This document shows, piece after piece, positions 20,264 through 32,131 of a stretch of DNA of 64,000 nt (position 1 is its first letter; every line of letters starts with the position of its first letter). The notes beneath the pieces were generated by a model. It made no database searches. It saw nothing but the letters and a program-made list of their open reading frames with translations, and was not told where the DNA came from. Source of the DNA: Rebecca billardiae RCC1528 (taxonomy: Eukaryota > Protista > Haptophyta). Location: the NCBI GenBank assembly GCA_965240325.2, contig OZ251233.1:930001-994000 (forward strand), read 5' to 3'. Position numbers and translations under genes: made by a program.

Positions 20264-22072
20264 ATGAGCGGCGAGGTCGTGCGCCTCGAGCGCTACCGAT
20301 CGGCACCCCCAACGACGAGCACCACCCTCGATGCCTCGGCACTCTCATCCCCGAGGAGCACGGGCCCGTGCCGCACCCGCTCCTCGGCGCTCCAGCGCCG
20401 CGTGCTGCACTCGGTCGGCGCGCTCGACGACCCTCAGCTCGTGCTCAAGCGGCGCGTGCGCTCGGGCATCCGCGAGCACGAGCGCGGCTTCGTCTGGCAC
20501 GTCTTCGCGTGCGGCGGCGCGTCCGAGGACGAGCAGCTCGCCGCGTACGCCGACATGCTCTCTGACGCCTTCGGCGGTGTGGCGGTGCGCAAGGACGGCC
20601 AGCAGGGCGAGCTGCCCGAGCCGCCCGCGCTCGCCGAAGTGCCCTCGTTCGGCGGCAAGCTGCACGAGGCGGGCTGGGCCGACGAGCACGCGCTCAGCGC
20701 GGACAAGCTCCTCGTCGTGCGCCGCGTGCTCTGCGCCATCGCCTTCGCCACCGGCCGCGACGACTGCCCGCCGCTGTGCGACGCGTGCGCCATGCTGTCC
20801 CACGAGCTCGACGAGCCGCTCGTGTTCTCGGCGCTGGTCGCGCTGCTCGAGCGCGGCGACATGCTCGAGCCGCGGCGCGGTTGGGACCAGGCGTTCGACG
20901 CGTCGACGACCGCGTCGACCCGCGCGCGCGCGTGCTCGCTCCGCCACGCCTTCGCCGAGCTCGCGAGCATGCGGTGCAAGCCCACAGCCGCGCATCTCGA
21001 GGCGATCGGCGCCGAGCTGCCCGAGCTGGTGCGCCCCTGGTTCGACCGGCTGTTCGTGGGCTCGCTGCCGTACGCCACGGCGCTGCGCGTGCTCGACAGC
21101 TTCCTCGCCGAGGGCGGCAAGGTGCGTGCGCAACCCGCCGCGCGCGTGCGCCGCGCGGCAGCCGACCGGCCGGCTGGGCTCGGCGCTCACCGTGCCTCCC
21201 CCCGCTCCGGCCGTGCTTGGGCGCGTGCGCACGCGCCGCAGGTGCTCTTCCGCGTGGGGATCGCGCTGCTCAAGCGGCACCACAAGTCCCTCTGCGCGTG
21301 CAGCACGCCGGAGCAGGCGCACGCCGCGCTGCACATGGGCGCCAACTCGGAGCACGACGCGCGCCCGCTGATGGCGCGCGCGTTTGCGCTGCGCAACTTC
21401 AAGCACGCGACCATCCTCGAGCTGCAGCGGCGCAAGCTGGAGCAGCTGGGCGTGGCGATGGGCCCCGCCGGGCTCGCGCGCGGCGCGAGCGCCTTCTTCG
21501 TCCCGCGCCTGCTCGGCGGCGCCCAGAGCACGCTCCTCGCCGCGCTCGGCGTCGAGACGCGCCGCCAGCTCTGGCTGCTGCTGCCGGCGGCGGAGCGCAC
21601 GCGCGACGGCGCGCTCGCCTTCAACAACGTGACGCACGGCAGCTCGCTGCGCACCCTGTACGACAAGTCGGCGGCCGCGGTCGCAAGCAGCGCCGCGACC
21701 GGCGGCGTGCGGCCGCAGGGCGAGCTGCTGCTCGTGCGCACGCTCGACGGGGGCGCCGTCTTTGGCGCGTTTGCCTCGCACGGCTGGCGGCGCTCGGGCG
21801 GCGAGCCGTACGGCTGCGGCGAGTGCTTCCTCCTGACCCTGCTGCCGCAGGTGCGCCGGTTCGGCTGGTCGAAGCGCAACACCATATTCGCGTGCTGCGA
21901 CCACGCCAGCGTCTCGATGGGCGGCGGCGCGCACGGCGGGTACGGCCTGTGGCTCGACGCCGACCTCGACCACGGCCGCTCGTCCGCGTGCGAGACGTTC
22001 GACAGCGAGCCGCTCGCGGGCAGCGCGACGGAGTTCCGCTGCGCCGAGGTCGAGGTCTGGGCGTTCGCCTGA
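20264..22072 (+). CDS. TBC (Rab-GAP) + TLDc protein, TBC1D24-like; in-frame intron 21122-21241
   Basis: LKRRVRSGI..HERGFVW; after removing the 120-nt GT-AG intron, LRVLDSFLAEGGK|VLFRVGIAL; TLDc motifs HGSSLRTLY, VFGAFAS, YGCGECFL, GLWLDADLDHGRSSACETF, EVEVW. Confidence 0.9.
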   Translation: MSGEVVRLERYRSAPPTTSTTLDASALSSPRSTGPCRTRSSALQRRVLHSVGALDDPQLVLKRRVRSGIREHERGFVWHVFACGGASEDEQLAAYADMLSDAFGGVAVRKDGQQGELPEPPALAEVPSFGGKLHEAGWADEHALSADKLLVVRRVLCAIAFATGRDDCPPLCDACAMLSHELDEPLVFSALVALLERGDMLEPRRGWDQAFDASTTASTRARACSLRHAFAELASMRCKPTAAHLEAIGAELPELVRPWFDRLFVGSLPYATALRVLDSFLAEGGKVRAQPAARVRRAAADRPAGLGAHRASPRSGRAWARAHAPQVLFRVGIALLKRHHKSLCACSTPEQAHAALHMGANSEHDARPLMARAFALRNFKHATILELQRRKLEQLGVAMGPAGLARGASAFFVPRLLGGAQSTLLAALGVETRRQLWLLLPAAERTRDGALAFNNVTHGSSLRTLYDKSAAAVASSAATGGVRPQGELLLVRTLDGGAVFGAFASHGWRRSGGEPYGCGECFLLTLLPQVRRFGWSKRNTIFACCDHASVSMGGGAHGGYGLWLDADLDHGRSSACETFDSEPLAGSATEFRCAEVEVWAFA

Positions 22073-22565
22073 TCGCGTGGCGGCGGCTGCGCGCTCACCG
22101 GTTGGCCCGGCGGGCGCCGCAACCCCCCCTCCGCCTTCCGCTGTCATCCATCTTGGCACACACACACACACCCGCTGTTGATCATCCATCTTGGCCGCAT
22201 TCCGATTCCCCCTGGTTCCCGCCCACCGGTCTTCAGTGTCTTGGGCTCTTGGCCGCTTTCTGCGGCTTTCAACTTCCTGAATTCCGGACAAAATGATTCC
22301 GCAGAGTCCTGACTAATTCTATGACTCATTCTATGATTTAACGACACAGGTAGGACGGCGCAGGTCTCCTGATTCGTCGTCGGCAGTGCCCGATCGTCGA
22401 CACGAAGTCGGCGCTGGTGGCAGAGCATAGCCTGAACCGCGATCGAATGGCTTGAGCGCGGCCTTGAGCTGCTGGAGCGCGATCCACCTGCGCTGCGCGG
22501 CTCGCATGGACCTGCTGTGCCCCGAGCGAGGGCGAGGGTGCAGGTCCGGATGTCAGACGGCCGTC

Positions 22566-23351
22566 TCAGCCGCTGGGCCCTGGCGGGTGATCCGGCGGTG
22601 ATGTAGTCGTCCCCGTGTGCCCTGCGCGGCCGCGTGCGCGCTTGCCGCTCTGCTCAGCTGGCTTGCTGGCGGCGGCTGGCGCTGCTGCGGCGTGCAGGGT
22701 ACGCTTTGCCCCCGACTGCTGCGCATCCTCGTCGTCCGAGTCGTCGTCCATGGACGAGTCTCGGTCCGCGTGGGGGACAGCAGCTGGAGCAGGCGCAGGT
22801 GCTGCGGGCAGAGAGGCCGCCAGCCGCGCCGCCTTGCGCTCCTGGCGTTTCTCGACGGCGCGCCGCGACGAGGTGCGGCGGCTCGATGGAGATCGAATCC
22901 GCCTGCCTTGCGCGTCACGCCGAGGCCCGCGCTTCCCGCGCCGAGGCTTCTTCTTCCGCTTCTGAGAGTGCTGCTGCTCGCCGTTTGCAGCCTGCACTCC
23001 AGTACCCGAGCCCTGCGCGGCGAGCGCGCGCGCCGGCGGAGCCGACTTGCGCGCTCGGCGCGGGGCGGGATGCAGGGGAGCTTTAGAAGGCGCGCCACCA
23101 CCTCCCTCGCGCCGCTGGCTGCCACCAGCGGGGGTTCCCTGTGGAGAAGCATCAGGCCCTTGTGCATCAGGCGGACGCACAGACACCGTCAGACGGACAC
23201 TCCCATCTGGCAGGAGGGAGATGTGCACCGCGCGCGGGAGGCCGTCGGCGGCGGTGAGCCTTGCTGCGTCACGCCAAAGGCGGACGTAGAGGCGCACCCA
23301 ACGATCCGACAGCCCCTCGGGCAGCAGCGCAGTCACGTCGAGGTCGTCCAT
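22566..23351 (-). CDS. hypothetical protein with basic low-complexity region
   Basis: 261-aa ORF with an ordered-looking N-terminus (WVRLYVRLWRDAARL...VHISLLPDGSVRLTVSV) and K/R-rich and acidic tracts. No family recognised. Confidence 0.4.
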   Translation of the reverse strand: MDDLDVTALLPEGLSDRWVRLYVRLWRDAARLTAADGLPRAVHISLLPDGSVRLTVSVRPPDAQGPDASPQGTPAGGSQRREGGGGAPSKAPLHPAPRRARKSAPPARALAAQGSGTGVQAANGEQQHSQKRKKKPRRGKRGPRRDAQGRRIRSPSSRRTSSRRAVEKRQERKAARLAASLPAAPAPAPAAVPHADRDSSMDDDSDDEDAQQSGAKRTLHAAAAPAAASKPAEQSGKRARGRAGHTGTTTSPPDHPPGPSG

Positions 23352-24352
23352 GCGAGCGTCGCCATGTACACGTGGACAGGAGTGAAGGAACGGATGCGCG
23401 GGAAAACGCTTTTCCCGCGCGCGCGCTTTTCCAAGCTAGCCTTCGGTTCGGCCTCGTCGCTCTTCACCCCGAGCACCCGTGGCCCTCTCAAAATGTGGGT
23501 GCGTTACATCGGGAAGAGGGGCGGAAGTGCGCGCTTAATAAAAACTTGATGACGGCAAGAGCGCTGGAAGCTCTCCAGCGGCAGACCGCTGACGGTGAGC
23601 CGAGTGACTCATTCTTGCACAGCCGCACTCGGCTGACTGTGCCCTAGGCGCTGCCGCGGGCCGCGCCGCACGCGGCGGGCCCTGCTGCTTGCGCGGTCGT
23701 TCCCGAGGTGTGACTGACTAACCCGACGAGGCAGGCGGCGGTCCCGCGCCTGCCATCAGTGTGCCTTGGTGCTGCTTGTTGGGTGGGCGTCCGGCCCGGT
23801 GACTGGTCGGTGGCGAGATGGCGCCTGACGGCACGCATGCATGCAGCCCGCTGCGCCGACGCAGCGGCTGCGAAGCGTCTGCCCCTGGCCCGGAGCGATC
23901 GCGGATCGCCGTGCCGCGCTTGTGCCGATCTCGTGCGCCCGCTCGACGAGCGAGCGGGCGCGGTGCGCAAAGGGTGTGCGCGGCGGAGCCCCATGCCCCG
24001 CCGCTCCCTGCGGCGGCCCTGCGCGCGCGCGGCAGCGAGCGACTGCGGCGCGGCGCGCACGGCGTGGCGCGCGCTGCACCGCACGCAGGCGGTGCAGCGC
24101 GGCGCCGCCGAAGACGCACGATGAAGTGGACTGAACCCATCTCCGGTCGGGCGGAGGCCCCGCCCTGCCGGAGCTCTGAGCGCGGTGAGCAAGCGCTGCT
24201 CGGCGGCCAGAGAGAAGTGCGTGATGATGCGGTGCAGCGGTGCGCCGCCGCGCGGTGCGCTCGCGCGCGCCGCGCGGGGCGCGGAGGCCTTGAGAAGGAG
24301 CTGAACGTCGTCGTCACGGTCGTGCCCGTCTGCTGCGCGGCGCACGCGAGTC

Positions 24353-25348
24353 CTACATCGTCGCGACGGGCCCGCTGCGCGGCGGCAGCGCGGCGGGTGC
24401 GGCCGAGACGTCCGCTAGGCCGGGCGACGCGCGCCGTCCGTTCAGGAACGCCGCGGTCGCAGAGAAGAGCAGGAGGTTGGCTGCGGCGTCGAGCGTGTCG
24501 GCGGTGGGCATCGCTCCGGCCTGCTTCTCGGCGGCGTCTGCGCGGTGCGCGAACGCCGAGCCGAGCGACGGGTCCACCGCCGCGAGCCGCTCCATCAGCT
24601 GTCGCCGATACTCCCCATACTGACCGTCCGCCGCGCTCGGCGTGCCATAGCCGTCGTCGCCGCCGCCGCGAGACGCGTCGAAGTCGCCGTCCATGCGGGA
24701 GCCGAGGAGGGAGTGGAAGGGGAGGGCGAGGTCACGCATGGGCTCCATGCGCGAGTCGAGCGCCTGGCCCGCGTGCGCGCGCCAGAGGCTCACGCCTCCT
24801 GCGTCGTCGCACTCGCCGCCGCTGCCGCGCGCGCCGCGCCTGCCCGCATGCGCGCCTGCGCTGCCGCCGCGCCTGCGCACGGCGGGGCTGGACTCCGGGA
24901 AGGGCTCGGTGGATGGACTGCGGTTGAGCCGCTCGAACTCCGCGTTGAGGAGCTCGAACGAGGCCGTCGACGAGTTGCGCGTCATCCCCGTCATCCCCGT
25001 CCCGCCGGACGGCGAGTCGCCGAGTGCCAGCATCGCGTCGCGCTCGGCGGACGACTCGTTGGAGGTGGAGCCGCCGGCGGCCACCTGCAGCTTCTTCATC
25101 TTCTGTCGGCGATTCTGGAACCACACCTGCACCGTGCGCGGCGTCAGGCCCAGCTGCTCGGCGAGGCTGTGCCGCATCGCGAGCGCCGGCAGCGGGTTGA
25201 CCGCGAACGCCGACTCGAGGACCGAGAGCTGGTCCGGGGTGAAGGTGGAGCGCTTGATGGCGCGCTCGCCGTTCGCGCCTGTGCGAGGCGCGCCGCTCGG
25301 CTTGGGCGGCGTGCGCGCGCCCCCCCCTGCTGCTGTTTCCGCGGGCAT
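24353..25348 (-). CDS. homeodomain transcription factor (non-TALE)
   Basis: KRSTFTPDQLSVLESAFAVNPLP...LAEQLGLTPRTVQVWFQNRRQKMKK. Confidence 0.92.
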   Translation of the reverse strand: MPAETAAGGGARTPPKPSGAPRTGANGERAIKRSTFTPDQLSVLESAFAVNPLPALAMRHSLAEQLGLTPRTVQVWFQNRRQKMKKLQVAAGGSTSNESSAERDAMLALGDSPSGGTGMTGMTRNSSTASFELLNAEFERLNRSPSTEPFPESSPAVRRRGGSAGAHAGRRGARGSGGECDDAGGVSLWRAHAGQALDSRMEPMRDLALPFHSLLGSRMDGDFDASRGGGDDGYGTPSAADGQYGEYRRQLMERLAAVDPSLGSAFAHRADAAEKQAGAMPTADTLDAAANLLLFSATAAFLNGRRASPGLADVSAAPAALPPRSGPVATM

Positions 25349-25539
25349 GAGTGCGTGCCGCTTGGGCTTCCGCCTACCTAGGACCGCCAGGCGCTAATGG
25401 TGGGAGAATTACTGCTGGCGGAACCAGTGCCGCTGGGCACTGGTCCTAGATGTCGGCGGAAGGACGTGACGACGGCGGGTTGGCCAGTTGTCCAAACGGT
25501 TCGCAGGCCCGGCTCGAGCCGCGCGCGCGCTTTCCTCCA

Positions 25540-25625
25540 CGCTGATTGGCCGAATCAACACACGTGGTGCCCCCACGCGTAGGGGCCAACTTTGCGCCGC
25601 ATCATTCGCACCGGCCAATCAGAGG
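25540..25625. promoter_or_regulatory. candidate CCAAT boxes upstream of the homeobox gene
   Basis: CTGATTGGCCG (~25542) and CGGCCAATCAG (~25612) are an inverted pair about 200-270 bp upstream of the ATG. Confidence 0.35.
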
Positions 25626-26445
25626 CCGCCGCGCGCACCCACCCGACCCGCAAACATGAGCAGCTTCGAAAATCGAAAGGACTGATTCAAGCCACAAGCT
25701 CAGCTTTCGCGAGATCCGATTATTACGCCCCGTGCACATAACCGCGTGGGTGCGCGCGCTGAGTCATCAAACAAACCGCCCTACTCATCATCAACCTCTC
25801 TTGGGCACACACGCGCTCATCAACCGGTGCCGCATAGCTATCAGGTGGCGTCGTGCGTCCCCCCGCCGCTGTAAGTAACACTAGTAGAGTACCACCTTCA
25901 TAATGCCGGCTCGGGCGCCCTCTAATTTGAAAATTATGAAGGGACACACTGCTAATGATGCCACTATACCCGAATCTAGCTCGCGTAATTAGTCGGCGAG
26001 GCGAGATGCTCTCAAGATTCATGATGACGTGGACGAACAGGCATCTCCCAACGGGCCTGGTTTGAATCATATGAAGGTAAGCGTTTGAAAAGCGCGCATC
26101 TTATGAATCCCTTGCATCGCAATCGCTCACGTCGCCCTAGTTCAAAATAATACCCACCAGAGGTAATTTCTGTCGTTTGGTGCGTTGGGGCGGGTACCCC
26201 CCCGGCCACTGATGATGCACTGAAAGATGCATGCACCAATTGACGCCAGTCCAGGACCACAGATTCTTTCTGCTTCTTAATTATTCCCGCGAACAATAAA
26301 ATGGCGGCTGGGGGTTGACGCGGGACGGGCGTTGCTCGGCCGCTGATAACGCCGACTTGTCGACGAGCGGGCACTGCCGCCGACGAAGCAGGAGACCTGC
26401 GCCGTCATACCTGTGTCGTGAGAGCATAGAGTCGGTCGGCCCATC

Positions 26446-27264
26446 ATGCGCGTCGTGACGCGCGTGCGCGGCCAACCCATCTACCTCGCGCAGCACTTCT
26501 ACGACGTGCCGGTGCCGCAGCCCCGCGACCGCCCGCGCGGCGCGGACATGACGGGCCTCAAGCTCTGGTATTGCGCGCTGCCGCTCCTCGCGCACCTTGA
26601 GGCATCGGCGCTCCTCGCCGCGCGCGGGCCGCGCATGCCGCGTGTGCTCGAGCTCGGCGCGGGCACAGGCCTGCTCGGGATCGGCCTCGCGGCGACTGGC
26701 GCGGCAGAGGTGGTCCTCACCGACCCGGCGATCCCAATCAACCTCCCGGACGAGCGCCCGTCCAACACGCTCGCCGAGCTCGCGGCGAACATCGAGCGCA
26801 ACGCGCACGCAGTCGGCGACCGGGCGTGCGCGCGCAAGCTGCTGTGGGGGGACGCGGGCGATATCGCCGCGCTGCGCGACGAGTTTGGAAGCGAGCGCCC
26901 CTTCGACCTGATCGTCGGCTCCGACCTCCTCTACGACACCGATGGGTACGCCCCGCTCGTCGCCACGCTGCGCGCGCTCGCGCCCTCGCGGCGAGCCGAC
27001 GACCGCGGCTCCTCGCCCGGCGCCGGCGCCGGCGCCGGCGCCGACGCGGCGCCGTGCGCTGTTGTGCTCGCACACCCGCAGCGTCACGCGGGCGAGGCGC
27101 GCTTCTTCGAGCTCGCGCGCGAGGCCTTCGACGTGCAAACAGGCAGCATCAACACCGAGTCGGGCACCGCTTGCGTCTTGACGCGTATGCACCGTCGAGC
27201 GGCCGCTCCGCGTGGCGAGGCGGCAGGGTCGGAGCCCTTCCCCTTGGATGGTGCGTCGTTGTAG
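26446..27264 (+). CDS. class I SAM-dependent protein lysine methyltransferase (Methyltransf_16 / METTL21-like)
   Basis: TGLKLW, VLELGAGTGLLGI, VVLTD, LLWG, FDLIVGSDLLYD. Confidence 0.9.
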   Translation: MRVVTRVRGQPIYLAQHFYDVPVPQPRDRPRGADMTGLKLWYCALPLLAHLEASALLAARGPRMPRVLELGAGTGLLGIGLAATGAAEVVLTDPAIPINLPDERPSNTLAELAANIERNAHAVGDRACARKLLWGDAGDIAALRDEFGSERPFDLIVGSDLLYDTDGYAPLVATLRALAPSRRADDRGSSPGAGAGAGADAAPCAVVLAHPQRHAGEARFFELAREAFDVQTGSINTESGTACVLTRMHRRAAAPRGEAAGSEPFPLDGASL

Positions 27265-27558
27265 CCGTCGAGTCTCAGACAGTCGGAGACTTTCTCGTGG
27301 GACAGGCTGCGCCCATCCTCCGCGCCATCGTCGACATCCAGTGAGCATCATGTACGACGTTGCGCAGCGCGTTGTGTCATCGGCATGATGCAGACTCTGG
27401 CGTAGGCGACGGTAGGGTGTCGCAGCTTGTAACTCGCTTAGTAGTTACTTTACTAGTTACGTACACGACCCGGCTCCGGAGTAGTCCGGACGGGTGCGCA
27501 GGCGCGCAAGCGGCAAGCCCGCCCAACTTCTGCGTGGTGGACGTGTGCGAACCGCGAA

Positions 27559-28726
27559 ATGGCTGCCGCCAGGCGCGTCGTCGTCACGGGCATCGGGCTG
27601 GTGAGCCCGATTGGCGTGGGGGTACCGAGCGCGTGGCGCGCGGCGCTCGCAGGCGAGAGCGGCATCGAGCACCTCGGCGCCGACTTTGACGCGCTGCCCT
27701 GCCGCGTCGCCGGCCGCGTGCCGCGCGGCGAGGCGGGCGCGATCGCGCACGGCGCGTTCTGCGAGCGGGACTGGGTCGACGCGGCGAGCGCGCGCGCGGT
27801 GGCGCCGTTCGCGGCGTTCGGCGTGTGCGCGGCGACGCAGGCGCTCGAGGACGCGCACTTCCGCCTCGTCGGCGACGCCCCGACCTCCGGCCCCGGCGCG
27901 CCGCTCTCGGCGGACGAGGCGCGGCTGCTGAGCCATAAGAGCGGCGTCGCATTCGGCTCGGGGATTGGCTCGATGCAGGACATCGAGGAGGCGGCGCACA
28001 CGCTCGCGTCGCGCGGGCTGCGCCGCGTCTCGCCGTTCTTCGTCCCGCGCGCCCTCATCAACATGGCCGCCGGCCAGGTCGCGCTGCGCCACGGGCTGCG
28101 CGGGCCCAACCATGCGGCCGCGACCGCGTGCGCGACGGGCGCGCACGCTGTCGGTGATGCGTTCCGAATGGTCGCGCGCGGCGACGCGGACCTGATGGTG
28201 GCCGGGGCGGCCGAGGCGTCGATCACGCCGCTCGCGATTGCGGGCTTCTGCCGGCTCTCCGCGCTCAGCACGGCGCGCAACGACACGCCGGCGGAGGCGT
28301 CGCGCCCTTTCTGCCGGTGCGCGCGCGAGCGCTCGGCCGCGCGAGACGCGCGCGCGCGCGCTGACCAGGTCGTGTGCCCTGCGCGCGCGCGCGCGCCCTG
28401 CGCGGCCGTGCAGCCAGCGGGACGGCTTCGTGATGGGCGAGGGCGCGGCCGCGCTCGTGCTCGAGCCGCTCGAGCTCGCGCTCGCGCGCGGCGCGCCCCG
28501 GCTGTACGCCGAAGTCGTCGGCTATGGTCTGAGCTGCGACGCGCACCACATCACGTCACCGCCAGAGGACGGCGACGGCGCGCTGCGCTGCATGCAGGCG
28601 GCGCTCGCCGACGCGCGGCTGCGGCCGAGCGACGTCGCGTACCTCTCCGCGCACGCGACCTCCACCCCGGTGGGCGATGAGATCGAGCTGCGCGCCGTGT
28701 GCGAGCTGCTCGCCTCCGAGGCCGGA

Positions 28727-28773
<47 letters not shown>

Positions 28774-29110
28774 GCCCGCCGCGGGCGCGCCGCCGCCTCT
28801 CGCCCTCTCCTCGACCAAGGGAGCGACAGGGCACCTGCTCGGCGCGGCGGGCGCGCTCGAGGCCGCGCTCACCGTCCTCGCGGTCCACGAGCGTCGCGCG
28901 CCGCCGTGCATCAACCTGGACGAGCCCATCGAGCTGCCGCCCGGCGCGTCGGGCGCGGCGCCGCTGCCCGTGCTGCTGCGCGAAGCCGCCGCGCTGCGCG
29001 GCAGCGACGGCGCGGGCGGCGCGTGCGTCGCCATGTCCAACTCCTTCGGGTTCGGCGGCACGAACGCGAGCCTCGTGTTCAAGAGCGTCGGCGCACTCGA
29101 CGGTGCTTGA
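27559..29110 (+). CDS. fabF: 3-oxoacyl-ACP synthase II (FabF / mitochondrial KAS type); intron 28317-28413
   Basis: RRVVVTGIGLVSPIG, TACATGAHAVGDA, spliced SRPFCRQRDGFVMGEGA, AHATSTPVGD, STKGATGHLLGAAG, SNSFGFGGTNASL. Confidence 0.93.
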
Positions 29111-29476
29111 CCGCCGCCGAGCGCGCCAGCCCGAGCGTGCGCCGCCGGTCGCGATGACACAGTGACGAGCCGAGTCTCGCGGGGACGCGGGAGTGGCTCC
29201 CAGTGGGTCCGTCATGACTGTCATCCCGTCGACCACCGGAAGACCCGAGTGCGCTTCTCGACCGGTGCGAGGGGGCGGAAGATGCGAAGGGCCGGTGGAA
29301 GATATCGATGGAGATTGCCGTCTTAACCACTATCTCCCTAGCATGAGAATCTCCGATATCCCCGTAATCCCCCACCGACCTGCCGGTAGCTCGGGAGGGG
29401 AGTTCGACACAGATTGCGGGGGGGGGGGGGAGCGCGTGTTGACACGGGGCGCCACACGGCTGCAGCGGGGAGGCCT

Positions 29477-32131
29477 ATGGCGCCACAGCACGGCGCACGA
29501 CGTTGGTGTGGCGCCTTTGCGAGCACCGCGCTCGAGGCGGAGTACGATGCCGCCGAGCTCGCCGCTGCCCGCCGCTCGGCGGCGCGCGCGGCGGGTGCGG
29601 CGGGCGCCTTCGTCCTCACGCTGCTTTCCGCGTGCGCGCCCGACGTGGCGCGCGCTGCCCTCGCGCTCGTGCTCGGCGTGGGCGGTCTGTGCCTGGCGGC
29701 GTGCGCGCACGGCTCCACCGACGACTGCACCGCGCTCGCGCTGCGCTCGCGCCTGTCGGCGTGGCTGTGCGCGCTCGCGGCGTTTGCGCCGGCCTTCCAG
29801 CACGCGCCGGCGCTCGCGGCGGCGCTCGTGCCGACAGCGCCGCCCGCGCTCGTGCGCGGCGCGGTGAGCGCCCTGCCCTTCTGCACGGCGTGCGCGATCG
29901 GCTCGCTCCGCGCGCGCGAGCTCGCGCACGTCGCCGCCGCCACGCTCGCCGCCGCCGCGCTCCTCGGCGCCGCGCCGCCGAGCGCGCTCGCGCTCGGCGC
30001 CGCGCTGGCCTCGGCGATCGTGCGCGCGTGCGCGCGGCGCGAGGCGCACGCGCGCGAGCTCTGGCTGCGCGGCCGCGCGGCCGCGTCTCAGCACGCGCGC
30101 GCGCTCGCGCTCGGCACCGCCGTCGCCTCCGCCTCCGCGCGCTCGCGGCTGATCCGCGTGATGATGCACTCGGTGAAGACGCCGCTTCTGGGGCTAAACG
30201 CTGTCGCGGCCGAGCTGTGCGAGCAGGCGGCGCGGCCGGCGGCGCGCGCGTGGCTGGGCGACGAGGAGGTGCGCGACGCGCTCGGGGTGATCCGCAGCAG
30301 CGCGTCCACGCTCGAGTGCGTCCTGCACGACGTGCTCGAGCTCGAGCGCCTCGACTCCAACGCGCTTGAGCTCACGCGCGCGCCGATCTCGCTCGACCGA
30401 CTGTGTGCGCGCGCTGTCGGCATGTTCGCTGCGCTCGCGCGCGCGCGCGGCGTGCTGCTCGCGGCGGCGCCGGTGCCGTCGGCGCTCGGCGCGGACGGCG
30501 CGGCGGGGCTGCTCGGCGACGAGGAGCGCCTGCTGCAGTGCATCGCCAACGGCCTGAGCAACGCGCTCCAGCACACGCCGCCCGGCGGGGTCGTCATGCT
30601 CCGGGCGGGCGTCGGCGGACCGCCAAGCGGCGGGCGGCGCTGGGTGAGGCTGAGTGTAACCGACACGGGCTCGGGGCTGAGCGAGGCGCAGGCGCAGGCG
30701 CTGAACCGCGCGGACGTGTTCGAGCGGATCGGCCGCGGCCAGCTCGGCGGCGCGAACGGCGCCGGCCTCGGCGTCGCCGTCACCCACCGCCTACTCGCAC
30801 TGCACGACGGGTCGCGGCTGCAAGTGCACTCGGACGGCCCCGGCCGCGGCTGCCGCTTCGAGATGCGTGTCTGCTTCCGCGTGGCGCACGTGGACGGGCA
30901 GGTGGCGGCGACGGCGGGGCCGTCGCCCGCGAACCGCACGAGCCGCTTCGCGCCCGCCCAGCCCGCCGACGAGCCGAGCAGCGCCGCCGCCGCCCACCCG
31001 AGCCGCGTCGCATTCGACAAGCGCTCGGGGACCTCCCCCGAGCTGTCTGCGTCCGCGCGCGCGGCCGACGCGCTCGCCGTGCGCAGCGCGATGCTGCCCG
31101 ATCGGAGGCTGCCCGCCTCGCTGCCCGACGGGCCGCTGGTGCGCCGCGTGGCGGCGCTCGAGGCGCGGCTCGCCTCGTCCGCCCACGCCCCTCGCGCGAC
31201 CGCGCCCGCCCCGCTGATCCGGGCACGCTCGCGCTCCTCCTCCTCCTCATTCAAGGCCGGGCTGCGCGCGCTCAACGACTCGACGGCCGGGCGCGGCGGC
31301 GGCGGCGGCGGCGGCGGGCCGACGCCGACGGTGCCCGAGCAGGCGCCGGGCGCCGAGCCGGCGGGCGGGCCGTCGCACGGCTCTGCTGCGCCGGAGCTGC
31401 TCGCGCCGGCCGCGGCCGCGCAGCGCGATCGCAGCGCGCCGGCGCAGCTCGCAACGGCGGCGGCGGCGGCGGCGGCTGCGCACGCAACCTCTGCCTCAGC
31501 CGCGGCGGCGCCGGCCGCGTCGTCGGCGGCCGAGCCGGCCGCGCGCGGGCTGATCGTCGACGACGATCCGGTCCTGCAGCTCGTGCTGCCACTCCGCGTG
31601 CACCGCGCCATCTCGCTCCCATGCGACGTCGCGGCGGACGGCGAGGAGGCGCTCGGGCTCGTGCGTGCGCGCGCGGCCGCGGGCGAGCGCGCGTATGCCG
31701 CCATCGTCCTAGACAACCAGATGCCGCTGATGACGGGGACGGAGGCGGCGCGCGCGCTGCGCGGAGAGCTCGGGTACGCCGGCCGCGTGTTCGGGCTCAC
31801 GGCCGACCCGCCGGGCTGCCCGGACCGCCTCGAGTTCGAGGCGTCCGGACTCGACCGCTGCTTCTGCAAGGCAGAGGCCGGCATTGTGGAGCTGCTCGGC
31901 GCGCTCGGCGCCGCGCTCGCCGACGCCGAGCGCGAGGCCGCGCCGTGCTCCGCGCGCGGCGGCGCGTGGGCCGAGGCGGCGGCTGACGCCGTCGTCGGGC
32001 CCCCGGGCGAGTCCGTGCCGGCGCCGAAGCGGCCTTCGGCTGCCGCCGACGATGCGGCCGGCCAGGTGCGTAACGAGGCCCACGCCTCATGCGACGCCCT
32101 GCGCTTGGCCTCGTGCAGTTGCACGGCATGA
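29477..32131 (+). CDS. membrane hybrid histidine kinase (TM-HisKA-HATPase-REC)
   Basis: H-box MMHSVKTPL; N-box IANGLSNALQHT; G1 VTDTGSGL; G2 GAGLGVAV; receiver IVDDD...AIVLDNQMPLMTG...GLTAD...K. Confidence 0.9.
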   Translation: MAPQHGARRWCGAFASTALEAEYDAAELAAARRSAARAAGAAGAFVLTLLSACAPDVARAALALVLGVGGLCLAACAHGSTDDCTALALRSRLSAWLCALAAFAPAFQHAPALAAALVPTAPPALVRGAVSALPFCTACAIGSLRARELAHVAAATLAAAALLGAAPPSALALGAALASAIVRACARREAHARELWLRGRAAASQHARALALGTAVASASARSRLIRVMMHSVKTPLLGLNAVAAELCEQAARPAARAWLGDEEVRDALGVIRSSASTLECVLHDVLELERLDSNALELTRAPISLDRLCARAVGMFAALARARGVLLAAAPVPSALGADGAAGLLGDEERLLQCIANGLSNALQHTPPGGVVMLRAGVGGPPSGGRRWVRLSVTDTGSGLSEAQAQALNRADVFERIGRGQLGGANGAGLGVAVTHRLLALHDGSRLQVHSDGPGRGCRFEMRVCFRVAHVDGQVAATAGPSPANRTSRFAPAQPADEPSSAAAAHPSRVAFDKRSGTSPELSASARAADALAVRSAMLPDRRLPASLPDGPLVRRVAALEARLASSAHAPRATAPAPLIRARSRSSSSSFKAGLRALNDSTAGRGGGGGGGGPTPTVPEQAPGAEPAGGPSHGSAAPELLAPAAAAQRDRSAPAQLATAAAAAAAAHATSASAAAAPAASSAAEPAARGLIVDDDPVLQLVLPLRVHRAISLPCDVAADGEEALGLVRARAAAGERAYAAIVLDNQMPLMTGTEAARALRGELGYAGRVFGLTADPPGCPDRLEFEASGLDRCFCKAEAGIVELLGALGAALADAEREAAPCSARGGAWAEAAADAVVGPPGESVPAPKRPSAAADDAAGQVRNEAHASCDALRLASCSCTA

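Noticed and set aside
23644-24345. Separate gene downstream of the homeobox
   Set aside because: No recognisable motifs or consistent reading frame.
26016-26070. C/D-box snoRNA (ATGATGA with a terminal stem)
   Set aside because: Box D reads TTGA rather than CTGA, the unit is short, and no guide was recognised.
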